This document shows positions 9,798 to 19,807 of a stretch of DNA of 64,000 nucleotides, in pieces. The notes beneath the pieces were generated by a model. That model did no database searches. It was not told the origin of the DNA and saw only the letters and a program-made list of their open reading frames with translations. This stretch comes from an uncultured delta proteobacterium (lineage in GTDB: Bacteria > Myxococcota_A > Polyangia > Polyangiales > JAFGIB01). The translations under genes and the position numbers were made by a program. The number at the start of each line of letters is the position of its first letter. Position 1 is the first letter of the stretch. The stretch covers positions 704,001 through 768,000 of the forward strand of contig CAVZVA010000003.1 of the NCBI GenBank assembly GCA_963778655.1. The letters run 5' to 3'.

Positions 9798-10982
9798 ATG
9801 GGTCAGCGTTCAGGTCGAGAAGCAGAAGGTCGGCCGAGGAAAGTGACGTCGAGCGCGCTGTTGTGCGGGCTCGCGCTCGGGGCGTTCGCATGCAGCAGCG
9901 CTCGTGACCATACCACCGGCGCCATGCTGCCGCCGGTGAACGGAGCAGGCAGCATGCCCATCCAACCCGCCAGCGCCGGTATGGGTCCGCCCGGTGCCGG
10001 ACCTGTGGCGCAGGCGGGAGCGGGCGGCTCGACCGTCCAAGGCTTGGCCGGCTCGCCCTCGGGATCCGGTGGCTCCTCTGCGGCCCCAGACAACAGCGGC
10101 ACGGCTGGCGCGAGTGGCGCCGCAGCCGCAAGTGACGGCGGCGCGCAAGAAGCGATGCCCACGCCGGCCATTGAACCCAAGCTGCCAGAGGCAAAGGGCG
10201 ACTGCCCGGACCTCAGCACAGGCTTTGTCAACATCCTTGGCTCGAATGTTCAGACCTGGACCGGCATGAGGCAAGAAGACAAGAAGGCCCCGCTGGTCAT
10301 CTACTGGCACGTGACCGGTGGCAATTCGGCGGAGATGACCACGTTCGGTTTGAACCCGGATGCGGTGCAGGAGATCACGGATGCGGGCGGTGTCATCGCC
10401 GCGCCCAACAACTCGACCGGAATGGGCAGCGATACCGGTAACGGCGTCTGGTATACAGGCGACTTCGATGTCGCCGATCAGATCGTGGCGTGCGCGATGA
10501 AGCAGTTCAACATCGACCCTAAGCGCATCTATACCGTGGGAGGGAGCGCCGGCGCGCTCCAAGCAGGCATCATGGTATACAAGCGCTCGAGCTACCTGGC
10601 TGCCTCACTACCGAATTCGGGCGGCTATACCATCGGCGGCAACATGCTCGAGGATCCAACGCACGTGCCTGCGGTGATGACCGAGCACGGGGCCGCAGGC
10701 GTCGATATGGTGATTGTGGATTTTTCGGTGCAGAGCATGGTGCTGGACGTAGACGTCGCGATGAAGGGTGGCTTTGCCATCGACTGCAATCACGGCCTAG
10801 GTCACGTGAGCGCGCCGACAGACTTGAAGGCCGCGGGTTGGCAGTTCCTGAAGGACCATCCGTTTGGTGTGTCGCCCGAGCCTTACGCGAGTGGCCTTCC
10901 CTCGACCTTTCCAACGTACTGCACGATCATCAAGGCGACCGACACGGCGCCCGATGGTTGCTGCAAGAGCTTCATGCAGTGA
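9798..10982 (+). CDS. Lipoprotein alpha/beta hydrolase (esterase/PHB-depolymerase-like)
   Basis: RBS GAGGAG; lipobox AFAC; Gly/Ala linker; 'IDPKRIYTVGGSAGA' nucleophile elbow; late 'HGLGH'. Confidence 0.75.
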   Translation: MGQRSGREAEGRPRKVTSSALLCGLALGAFACSSARDHTTGAMLPPVNGAGSMPIQPASAGMGPPGAGPVAQAGAGGSTVQGLAGSPSGSGGSSAAPDNSGTAGASGAAAASDGGAQEAMPTPAIEPKLPEAKGDCPDLSTGFVNILGSNVQTWTGMRQEDKKAPLVIYWHVTGGNSAEMTTFGLNPDAVQEITDAGGVIAAPNNSTGMGSDTGNGVWYTGDFDVADQIVACAMKQFNIDPKRIYTVGGSAGALQAGIMVYKRSSYLAASLPNSGGYTIGGNMLEDPTHVPAVMTEHGAAGVDMVIVDFSVQSMVLDVDVAMKGGFAIDCNHGLGHVSAPTDLKAAGWQFLKDHPFGVSPEPYASGLPSTFPTYCTIIKATDTAPDGCCKSFMQ

Positions 10983-11225
10983 GGCACGCCTGCGCGGCCA
11001 CTGCAAAGTGAGCGGTGAAACGGGGCGGCGCTCTCAGCGTCTGAGGAGCGTGCCTTCCGTCTTCAATGCCGCTTTGAGCGCCTGTTCGGTGCTCTAGGCT
11101 ATCATCGCGGCCTGCATCGGGCCAAGCGCCTGGGGCGGAGCCGTTTGGCCGCCTTCGTCAGCATCGCGCTCCGAATTAGTGGGCCGAGAATTGCGCAGCT
11201 CTCACCCGGCCGCTAGATTCGTAGA

Positions 11226-14200
11226 GTGCGCTATCGATTTGGCGAGATAGAGCTGGATGCTGCTCTGTACACCTTGAAGCGCTCCGGCCGCGCGCTGGCG
11301 CTGCAGCCAAAGGTCTTCAACGTGCTTCGCTATCTGGTCGAGCATCGCGACCGGCTGGTCTCCAAGGACGAGCTGCTCACCGCGTTGTGGGCGGGCGAGC
11401 ACGTCAACGAGTCGGCGGTGCCATGGACCATCAGCCACGCGCGCAACGCGATCGGCCAGCGTCGCGGAGAGAAGCAGCCGATCGAGACCATCCATGGCCG
11501 GGGCTATCGCTTCACGGCTCAAGTGTACGCGGCCGACTCCCCGGATTCGAGCGCTGCGGCGTGGGCGGCACCTGGCGGCCCTCCCGTGGCCGCGGTGCGC
11601 CCGTTCGTCGGTCGTGCTGCCGTCATGCAGCGGCTCGAGCAGCAGCTGGAGGAGACGCGTGGCGGCAAGGGCCGGCTGTGCCTGCTCTGCGGCGAGCCCG
11701 GAATCGGCAAGACCCGCTGCGCCGAAGAGCTCATGGCGCGCGCGCGGCGTGCGGGCTTCCGCACCTGGGTCGGACGCGCGACCGAGGGCGTCGCGGCGCC
11801 GGTGTTTTGGCCCTGGATCCAGATCCTGCGCGCAGCCGTGCGCGATCAGCCGAACCTGCGGGACGCGGGCCTGCCGCTGCTTTCGCTGCTGGTCGCGCTC
11901 GAGCCCAAGGGCCCACCTGCCGGCCGAGCCGGGCCCGAACGCGATCGAAGCGCGGATCGCTTCTGGCTGCTCGACGAAATCGCCCAGCTCCTGCTGCGCG
12001 CCGCGCGCAAGGCGCCAATCCTGCTGCTAATCGACGATCTGCAATGGGCCGACGCCGGAAGCGTGAGGCTGCTCGGCTTTCTCGCGCCCGAGCTCGCCAG
12101 CGCCCAACTGATGATCCTCGCGACCGAGCGCGACGATGGCTCGGGTGCGCCGCGCCGCATGGCGCGTCTAGCTCGCCACGCCGAGCGCATCGACTTGGCG
12201 CGCCTGATGGCGGTCGACGTCGGGCGCTACATCGCCGAGCTCAACGCGAACATCGATCCACCAGAGCAGCTCGCGCTCGCGGTGTACCGCGCGACCGCGG
12301 GCAATCCACTGTTCCTGCAAGAGACTTTGCGCGCGCTGATCGACGAGCACGGCCAGCAGGGGCTGGCCACGCTGGCTGCGACTGCGATCAAGCCGCCGGA
12401 GGTCGCTCGCGACGTGCTGCGGCACAGACTCGAGTCGCTACAGGGCGCGACCCGCGCCCTGTTGTCGCAGGCGAGCGCGCTCGGCGAGGCATTCGATCTC
12501 TCGCTCTTGCAGACCGTCTCCGGCGAGCCGCTGCCGAGCCTGCTGGAGATGGTCGAGACCGCCAGCAGCAGGGGCTTGATCGTGGCCGAGACCCCGGAGC
12601 GCTACCGCTTTTCGCACGGGCTGATCCGCTCGATTCTCCACGACGAGCTGCCGATGACCAAGCGGGTCGCGCTGCATCGGCTCGCGGCCGAGGCGCTCGA
12701 GGCGTTGCCACCGTTCGAGCCGCGACAAAGCGAAATCGCCTACCACTTCTATCACTCGCTGCCCGCCGGCGACTACGGGCGCGTCGCCGCGGCCGCACGT
12801 CGCGCCGCGGAAGCAGCCGAAGCCGTGCTCGCGCACGAGGACGCGGTGGCGTTCTACGAATGGGCGCTCGAGGCCCAGGCGCTGGATCCATCGTCCAGCC
12901 CGCGCGAGCGCGCGACACTGCTGCTCGAATGCGGGAGCGCACAACGCTTTGCAGGTCGCGACAGCAACGCTCGGGCCACGCTGGCATGTCTATTCGAGCT
13001 CGCCAGACAGCACGGCTACGGGGAGCTGCTATTGCGCGCTGCCCGGGTGCTCCGACCGACCCACGCGATGGCCGCAGTGCCCGACCCGTTCGTGCGCGGG
13101 GCGCTCGAAGAAGTGCTGCGCATCGCGCCCGAAGGGCCAGGCGAGCAACGCATCAGCGCATTGAGCCAGCTGGCTTGCGTTCCACCGTACGCCACCGACA
13201 TGCGACGCAGCAAGGAACTGAGCGGGCGCGCGCTCGATCTCGCGCGGCAGCTGGGTGAGCGAACGAGCATGTTCGAGGCACTGCGCTCGCGTCTGTATTC
13301 GCTGTCCGGTCCAGACGACATCGGTGTCCTACTCAAGGTGACCGAGGAGATCCTGGCGCTCGAGCACGACCGAGATGGCTGGATGAGCGGCGAGGCGTAC
13401 GGCGCCCGGTTCGCGGCGTTCGTGCACCGCGGAGACATTGCGGAGGCGGATCGTGCCCTCGCCGCGCTGGGCCAAACCGTACGGCTCCTCCAGCTGCCGG
13501 AGGCGATCTGGTATCACGACCGTCTGAGCGCGCAGCGCCGGCTGGTGGACGGTGACTACGCGGGCGCCGAGACTGCGTGCAACGACCTGCAAGCGCGTAG
13601 CGCTCGCATGGGGCTGAGCTACGGGAAGGCGTTCACAGAGATCATCTGCAGGACGCTGGCAGCCGAGCGCCATGGCGCACCCGCTGCCGCGGCGGGCCAC
13701 GACTTCGCGGCACTGCTGCGCAATGGCGCCGCTTTGGCGCCGACGCAGCGCGCGCACCTCGCCCGCAGTGCGGCGCGCGCGGGCCAGCGCGAGCTCGCCA
13801 AGGCCGCGCTCGATTCCATGGCAGCCCTCGGCTTCGAGCTGATCCCGAAGGACGTCACCTATCTCAACACCCTGGCTTGCCTGGCCACGGTGGCCGTCAT
13901 TCTCGAAGACCGGCCGCACGCCGAGCGCTTGTATGAGTTGCTCTCGCCCTATCCCGAACACAACACGCCCGACGGGACGCTGTTCTACGAAGGCTCGGTC
14001 TCTTACTGGCTTGCTCAGCTCGCGGAGTGCATCGGCAAGAACGAGCAGGTGGAGGCGCACTTCGAGACCGCGCTTGCCATGAATCGACGCCTCGGGAACC
14101 GACCTCAGCTGGCGCGTACCTACTTGGCATTCGGCCATTGGCTCCGCCAGCGCGAGGGCGGCGGAGCGCGCGCAGAGGAGCTCGAGCGCGCGGCCTTTCA

Positions 14201-14258
14201 GGGCGCGGCCGAGCTGGGCATGGAATGGTTGGCTCCCGGGCGACCGTTCATGCCCTAG
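11226..14258 (+). CDS. Transcriptional regulator: OmpR/CadC-type wHTH + AAA ATPase + helical repeat region
   Basis: N-terminus 'LQPKVFNVLRYLVEHRDRLVSKDELL...IETIHGRGYRF'; Walker A GEPGIGKT; Walker B LLLIDDLQWAD; 'TAGNPLFL'. Confidence 0.88.
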   Translation: MRYRFGEIELDAALYTLKRSGRALALQPKVFNVLRYLVEHRDRLVSKDELLTALWAGEHVNESAVPWTISHARNAIGQRRGEKQPIETIHGRGYRFTAQVYAADSPDSSAAAWAAPGGPPVAAVRPFVGRAAVMQRLEQQLEETRGGKGRLCLLCGEPGIGKTRCAEELMARARRAGFRTWVGRATEGVAAPVFWPWIQILRAAVRDQPNLRDAGLPLLSLLVALEPKGPPAGRAGPERDRSADRFWLLDEIAQLLLRAARKAPILLLIDDLQWADAGSVRLLGFLAPELASAQLMILATERDDGSGAPRRMARLARHAERIDLARLMAVDVGRYIAELNANIDPPEQLALAVYRATAGNPLFLQETLRALIDEHGQQGLATLAATAIKPPEVARDVLRHRLESLQGATRALLSQASALGEAFDLSLLQTVSGEPLPSLLEMVETASSRGLIVAETPERYRFSHGLIRSILHDELPMTKRVALHRLAAEALEALPPFEPRQSEIAYHFYHSLPAGDYGRVAAAARRAAEAAEAVLAHEDAVAFYEWALEAQALDPSSSPRERATLLLECGSAQRFAGRDSNARATLACLFELARQHGYGELLLRAARVLRPTHAMAAVPDPFVRGALEEVLRIAPEGPGEQRISALSQLACVPPYATDMRRSKELSGRALDLARQLGERTSMFEALRSRLYSLSGPDDIGVLLKVTEEILALEHDRDGWMSGEAYGARFAAFVHRGDIAEADRALAALGQTVRLLQLPEAIWYHDRLSAQRRLVDGDYAGAETACNDLQARSARMGLSYGKAFTEIICRTLAAERHGAPAAAAGHDFAALLRNGAALAPTQRAHLARSAARAGQRELAKAALDSMAALGFELIPKDVTYLNTLACLATVAVILEDRPHAERLYELLSPYPEHNTPDGTLFYEGSVSYWLAQLAECIGKNEQVEAHFETALAMNRRLGNRPQLARTYLAFGHWLRQREGGGARAEELERAAFQGAAELGMEWLAPGRPFMP

Positions 14259-14286
14259 GATGCAGGCGATCAGCACCATCTTGCCG

Positions 14287-14375
14287 TGAGATGGTGGCGA
14301 TCATCCTGCACCACCGCACGACGAGGGAGCTTGGTGATGCACCGCGATCCACCGGTCGTCGCTCAGCTCAACCGC
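14287..14375 (+). repeat. ~90-bp diverged copy of part of the PIN-toxin gene at 26864-26955
   Basis: Alignment by eye shows 3 substitutions and 2 small indels. Confidence 0.9.
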
Positions 14376-14377
14376 AC

Positions 14378-14513
14378 GCGGCGATCGTGCTCGGCAAGCG
14401 CAAGGCGCGCCGCGTGCTGGCCGCGTTGCAGCGGGTCGCTCAGAAGCGACGCGCCTGAGATCGTGCGCGAGGCGGCGGCCTGGTCGCTGCGCCGCATCGC
14501 CGATGGCGATTAG
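14378..14513 (+). pseudogene. HEAT-repeat C-terminal fragment resembling epoxyqueuosine reductase QueG
   Basis: AAIVLGKRKARRVLAALQRVAQ then, after a frameshift, DAPEIVREAAAWSLRRI*; matches the N-A-A-I-x-L-G...V-R-E-x-A-A-W-A-L pattern. Confidence 0.5.
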
Positions 14514-15084
14514 CACTCCGTGCACTTCAAGGTCGCGCAACGCCCTGAGCGGGCCTACGCCGTGCGGAAGGGCGGCCGCGAAGGGATTGGGATCAGTAGT
14601 GTTGACCGACCCTGCGCGGCTCGCGCGCCATGCGTCGAGCGGTCCGGTCCGGCGCGTGCTCGAGATTCCTGTCAAGCGGGCCGCGCGCTGGTCATCAACT
14701 CGTCAAACCGCGCTGGCTCTCGTCATCCAGTCATCAGAAGTCGCCGCAGTCGCGATCGAAACCGCTTAGTTCGTAGCGCAACCGCTGCCGTCGGCATGCG
14801 GCGCGCGTGAAGCGCGGTCTGCTCGAACGGTGGGCAGGTCATCCGTTGTCGCACCAAGTTACACTGCACTGATTTGCTCACGCTCATTAGGGGATTCGCA
14901 ACGCCTGCGCTCTCGGCTAGAAACGTCTGAGGTCTTCGATTCGCAGCACGCGTCGCGCACAGCTTGCAAGTGGTGGTCTCGTGAGCCTGCGGTCGCCGTG
15001 ACGTCTTCGCTCTCGAATGGAGCGTCCGACTCGCTAAGAATCACGACGGTGTTCGTCGCTCTCCCATCAAGAAGGATGAAGTTC

Positions 15085-16497
15085 ATGATGACCAGGATGT
15101 CGATCTGTTTGCTCGTGCTATTCATGGCGGCCGCATGTGAAGGCCGAATCACCGGCGACCTAACCACGGGTGCCAAGGGAGCCACCGCGCAGCAGCTGAC
15201 GGCGCGGCGACACGCGTCTACGGGGCGAGGGTCGTTTCGCACTACCGCGGGCCGCTTGCAGGTGCGCATGCGCGCGCCGCGCAGCGATAGCATGATCGGC
15301 GCGGCCGGCCAGACTGGCGCCACCGCCATGGCTGACACGTCCGGCCAAACGGCCGGGGCTGCCGGAAGTGCGGACGCCGGTCCGGTGGGGGCGCCGGCGC
15401 CGTCGGAGACTGCTAACCCGAGCGGAGCGCAGGACCAAGCCAGCGGGGCAGCGGGCGGCGTGAGCCAAGTCGGCGGGGCCGGCCAAGGCGACGGCGTTGG
15501 GGGCGGCAACGGGACCATGGGCGGCGCGGGCGGGCCAGGCAGCGGCGGCACGACCGGCAGCGGTGGTGCGAGTGGTGGCGGTGGACAGGGCGGCAGCGGC
15601 ACGACCGGCAGCGGTGGCAGCGGCGGCACGACCGGCAGCGGTGGCACGACCGGCAGCGGCGGCACGACCGGCAGCGGCGGCACGACCGGCAGCGGCGGCA
15701 CGACCGGCAGCGCGGGCGGAAGCGCGGGCACCAGCGGCGGCGCCGCGGGCAGCGCCGACCCCGGACACTTGATCTTCACAGGCGACTTCGAGACCGGGGA
15801 CCTTTCGCAGTGGCACTACATAGAGCGCTGCCAGCCGGACCGCATCACCGTGTATTCGGCCGACAATGCACCGGCGGGCGCGCCTCCTCCGCGCGAAGGC
15901 ACCTATGCCGCGCTCTTTCACGTGCTCGACGGCGACGTGTCACCGTGCACGTCCACGGGCGACCCGCGCGCCGAGCTCGAAACGGAGGAGTCCCTGCTCC
16001 AACCGGGTGACGAGATCTGGGAAGCGTGGTCGATGTACATCCCTTCGTCGCACCCGAGCTGCGGATCGTGCTCGAAGTGGTTCGCCTTTCAGGAGGACTA
16101 CGGCAGCCCCTTCGACGGCCCCGCCTCGCTGGCCTGGTACCTCACCTTCTACGAGAACCCGAACAAGTTCAGCGTGGGGCGCGGCTCGCAATACAACGGC
16201 GACTACCCGGCGTCGACCCAGCTGCTCTTGGATCAGTGGGTGGACTTCCTGGTCCACAAGAAGCTGTCGAACAAGGACGATGGTACGGGCTTCATCGAGG
16301 CGTGGGTCAACGGCAATCCGCTCACGTTCTCGCCCTGCAAGTGCACCAAGCTCGTAATGCAAACCATGCACTCGACGCAGAAGAGCCTGGGCTTCTACCT
16401 GACGGCTTACCGCGCCAAGGGGCTGTTCAGCTCCTTCGACATCTACTACGACGGCGTTCGCATCGGCACGACGCGCGACGCCGTCGAGCTCAGATAG
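15085..16497 (+). CDS. Lipoprotein with Gly/Thr/Ser linker and C-terminal polysaccharide-lyase-like (heparin lyase I-type jelly-roll) domain
   Basis: Lipobox MAAAC; 'FTGDFETGDLSQW', 'PRAEL', 'QWVDFLVH...GFIEAWVNG', 'IYYDGVRIG'. Alternative starts at 15076 and 15088. Confidence 0.7.
   Translation: MMTRMSICLLVLFMAAACEGRITGDLTTGAKGATAQQLTARRHASTGRGSFRTTAGRLQVRMRAPRSDSMIGAAGQTGATAMADTSGQTAGAAGSADAGPVGAPAPSETANPSGAQDQASGAAGGVSQVGGAGQGDGVGGGNGTMGGAGGPGSGGTTGSGGASGGGGQGGSGTTGSGGSGGTTGSGGTTGSGGTTGSGGTTGSGGTTGSAGGSAGTSGGAAGSADPGHLIFTGDFETGDLSQWHYIERCQPDRITVYSADNAPAGAPPPREGTYAALFHVLDGDVSPCTSTGDPRAELETEESLLQPGDEIWEAWSMYIPSSHPSCGSCSKWFAFQEDYGSPFDGPASLAWYLTFYENPNKFSVGRGSQYNGDYPASTQLLLDQWVDFLVHKKLSNKDDGTGFIEAWVNGNPLTFSPCKCTKLVMQTMHSTQKSLGFYLTAYRAKGLFSSFDIYYDGVRIGTTRDAVELR
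15541..15711 (+). repeat. Coding tandem repeat of an 18-bp unit (AGCGGCGGCACGACCGGC, SGGTTG)
   Basis: Five near-perfect contiguous units around 15620-15710 plus degenerate copies upstream. Confidence 0.9.
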
Positions 16498-17024
16498 CCG
16501 CACACCGATGGCCGTCAGGTGGGCGCGCGGCCCGCGCCGGTGCGAGGCGCAACCTTCGCAAATGACGGCCACACCCCAACAGCAAGGTCTGGCTCTCGTA
16601 CTGATCACCACGCGCTGGGCGGCACGCCGGCCTTGCGGCCCCTCCCCGGCGGAGCAAATCCGCCGGGGCTCCTCCCCCCACGCGGGGCCGCGTTCCGTGG
16701 CAAGCACGTCGTGACCTGGGTCTCGACCGGGTTGGCTGACACCGGCGCGTCAGAAAAGCAAAACCGGCGCTGACTCGTGCCAGCGCCGGTTTACATGTCA
16801 TCGGATTCGCGCGTGCCGCGCTGGCGACTGATCCGGGCAGCGTTGCCCGATCGCCTGCTAGAGCACCGAATATATTGAAACACGCACGATTTCGGGGCCC
16901 GCGCGGGCGCATGGCACGCGCGCTCCCCGCACGACGTAGGATGGACTACGCCTTCGGGCTCCCGCCCGCACCCTGCATCCCGCCATGACCCCGACTTCGC
17001 ACACGTTTCAATCTGTTGGGTGCT

Positions 17025-18143
17025 CTAGTGGATGGTGGTGGCGTCCGCCATGATCGAGAGCAGCAACGGACGCCAGCGCTCGTCGCCCTCGAGGAACACC
17101 TTTTGGAACGCGAGGCCAGCTTCACCGGACGCGCCGCCACCCGAGCTCGGTTGGCCTGCGTGGCCGCTATTGATCGTCACTTCCATCTTGGGCACGGTGT
17201 CGGGGATGCTGTCGTAGGAGGCGACTCCCATCGTGCCGGCAAGCGTGTCCGCCGAGCCAAAGATGTACAGGCTAGGGACCGTGATTCCCATGGTTACTGG
17301 AGTCCAGGCCATGATGGAAACGTTGGTACGTAGGGTCGGATCCGCGGCTGCCGAGAAGGTCGTTCCGCCGCCGCCCATCGAGAACCCGGAGGTGCCGTAG
17401 CGACCCGACAGCTTGCCGAACAGCGGGCTGCTGCTGGTCGTGTTCTCAGTTTTGTACGCCGCGATTGCGGCCGTCAGCTTGTCACCGCGCGTCACCGGTT
17501 GATCACCGGCTCCCGTGTCGATGATCATCGCCACGATGCCCCACGAGGCATAGAGCGGGCCCCATTCGCCGGTCTGCGAAAGGCCGCATCCGCCCGAGCC
17601 ACCGAAGCCATCCGAGATCGCCACCGCGGCAAACGGCGGGTCGGCGTCGGTCGGGTAGAACACGCAGCCGGCCCCTGCCAGGGGGTAGCTCATGGTGTTG
17701 AACGGCCCTGCCGCCGAGGTCACGGCGGACGGCACGTCGCCGTGGCAAAGGCAGTCTCCAGTTGGGCAACAGGTTCCGGTGCCCGTCATCATGCCGCTGT
17801 CGGGCGTGGTCATCCCGGCGTCGGGCGCGCTCATGCCAGCGGTCCCGCTGTCGCTTGCTCCGCCACTGCCGCCTGCTCCACCGCTGCCGCCCGCTCCGCC
17901 GCTGCTGGCCATCGGCATTGCACCGGCTACGCCGTTGCTGCCGCCGGTCCCCGTGGTCGGGGGCGTGCTCATCATGCCGCCGGTGGTGCCACCGGTCGCC
18001 GGCTGTGACGTCACGCCACCCGTGCCGCCGATGGCGGGCAGGCCGCCCGTACCCTGCTGCCCCCCCGATCCTTTCGCGCTGCAGCCAGTGCCGAGCGCCA
18101 ACGCCAGGAACCAAACTGCTACCCACAAATAGTCGTTCTTCAT
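17025..18143 (-). CDS. Lipoprotein cutinase/PETase-like alpha/beta hydrolase
   Basis: RBS AAGGAG; lipobox GTGC; 'WGPLYASWGIVAMIIDT', 'SSPLFGKL', GFSMGGGG (Ser), GSADTLA (Asp), NSGH (His), 'FLEGDERWRPLL'. Confidence 0.8.
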   Translation of the reverse strand: MKNDYLWVAVWFLALALGTGCSAKGSGGQQGTGGLPAIGGTGGVTSQPATGGTTGGMMSTPPTTGTGGSNGVAGAMPMASSGGAGGSGGAGGSGGASDSGTAGMSAPDAGMTTPDSGMMTGTGTCCPTGDCLCHGDVPSAVTSAAGPFNTMSYPLAGAGCVFYPTDADPPFAAVAISDGFGGSGGCGLSQTGEWGPLYASWGIVAMIIDTGAGDQPVTRGDKLTAAIAAYKTENTTSSSPLFGKLSGRYGTSGFSMGGGGTTFSAAADPTLRTNVSIMAWTPVTMGITVPSLYIFGSADTLAGTMGVASYDSIPDTVPKMEVTINSGHAGQPSSGGGASGEAGLAFQKVFLEGDERWRPLLLSIMADATTIH

Positions 18144-18758
18144 ATCCGCAACCCTCTCCTTCACCAATCAACCACCAAAACCCCGCCAATAGGTGTAAGC
18201 GATTGCGCACCTCAGATCACGGGGCGAGCGCCTAAATCGTGCGGCTCACCTGCATTATCCTTGCGACCCAATTGGAGGACGCTTGCAACGCAAATTGCCG
18301 CCGGAATCGCCGGCAAACCGCAGACCCGTGGTTGACGCGGCCTCGAGGGATGAAGAGAGAGGGACGGAAAGGGACGGCCTGGTGCTCAAGCGCGCGGGTC
18401 GCGTAAGCGGCATCGGGCAGCGGCATCGTCGCTCTGGCGCACTCGTGCGAATTGGACGATGGGGTGACCTACGCGAACGGCTTCAGCGACCAGTGCTTCC
18501 CAGGCGGCCGCTGCGGCTTCGGACCCTGATCGCGAACGGCCACTGCCTGCAGCCGCGCGTCGAGCGTGGCCCCGATCGCGCCGGACCAGAGAGGATGAAT
18601 CGCATGCGGGCTCCGTGCGCATGCCGCGCGACGCCGAGCTATCCACGCTTGCGGCCGTGCTCTTCGATGCTGGGGTTGTTCTTGGCCTAGAGCGGCCACA
18701 AGCCGAGGGCCCTCTGCCAGCGCATTTGCCAAGGCCGGAACCTGCCCCGGTCAAAGCT

Positions 18759-19217
18759 CTAGAACCGGAACAGTGGGCGGGCGATGTCGAGGCCGGGCCA
18801 GGGGATCGCGGCCAAGGTCAGCAACAGCCACCACAGTTGCGTGACGAACGCGCTCTTGCAGCGTGCCTCGGGCGGCTTGCGCTTGCTGCGCACGCGGCCA
18901 ACATGGGCGATGGCGATCGCGAGCAGCATGGTGGTCGGGTGCTCGATGCCGAAGAAGCGCAGCTCAGGGTTGCTCATCGCCGCGCCCAGGGCGGCGCGCG
19001 CCGCGCCTGCGATCGGGCTCAGCACGAAGTACAGCAACAAACCGAGCAGGAATTGGGTGTCGAGCAGGCCCAGGAAGCCGACCTGCAGGCGCTCGAGCCG
19101 CGCCGACCACGGCTGCTGCGCACGTGTGCCGCGCAGGCAGGCGACCAGCAGCCACAAGCCGACGCCGAGAACCACCCAGCGCAGCCACGAATGGATGAAC
19201 AAGACTGGAACGTACAT
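18759..19217 (-). CDS. Four-TM membrane protein of unknown function
   Basis: MYVPVLFIHSWLRW...FFGIEHPTTMLLAIAIAHVG...AIPWP; four hydrophobic segments with conserved-looking His residues. Confidence 0.75.
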   Translation of the reverse strand: MYVPVLFIHSWLRWVVLGVGLWLLVACLRGTRAQQPWSARLERLQVGFLGLLDTQFLLGLLLYFVLSPIAGAARAALGAAMSNPELRFFGIEHPTTMLLAIAIAHVGRVRSKRKPPEARCKSAFVTQLWWLLLTLAAIPWPGLDIARPLFRF

Positions 19218-19807
19218 ATCGACACGCATCGCGCTGTGGGCGCGAACCGCGCACGCGAGGTCGTCCGATGTCACGGCGAGCGGGCGCAATCGCGTGCTTA
19301 GAAGCCGGGCGCGGGACTGTCAAGCGCGTGCCCCGGCGCGCGCTCAAGCTGTGCCCGATCCGCCCGCTGTGCGCGGGCGCGCGCGCCGGGTTTGCCCGTC
19401 CGGGGTCCAACCCCGCGGCGATCGATCCTCGCGGCTGTTGAGCGGGGGCCGTCCGGTCCATCCCACGGACCCGGCAACCGCGCCGAAAGACGCGCTGGCA
19501 GATGATCACGGCCGGATGGTCACGGCCGGGTGTCGAGCGGGTCGTGTACGCGGGCCTCGACCCAAGCTCCACGCCGCGTCGGTCGGGTTCGTCGCCTTAG
19601 CCGCCGAGCCAGCTCCGCCACCGGAAGGTCGGCTCCAACACCAAGCGCCGATCTCAAAACCCTCAGCAACCGCCTTCCGGGCGGGACAGCGCCGCCTGCG
19701 GTGTTGCGCGACACTCGAAATATCAAGAAGTGTTCCATCGGTCGCGCGCCTTGCATCGAGCACCGTCGCGCTCCGAAATCCGGCCACGCCGAGTACTGAG
19801 ATCGGCT

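Noticed and set aside
15541..15711. CRISPR or regulatory repeat
   Set aside because: In-frame Gly/Thr/Ser linker of a lipoprotein.
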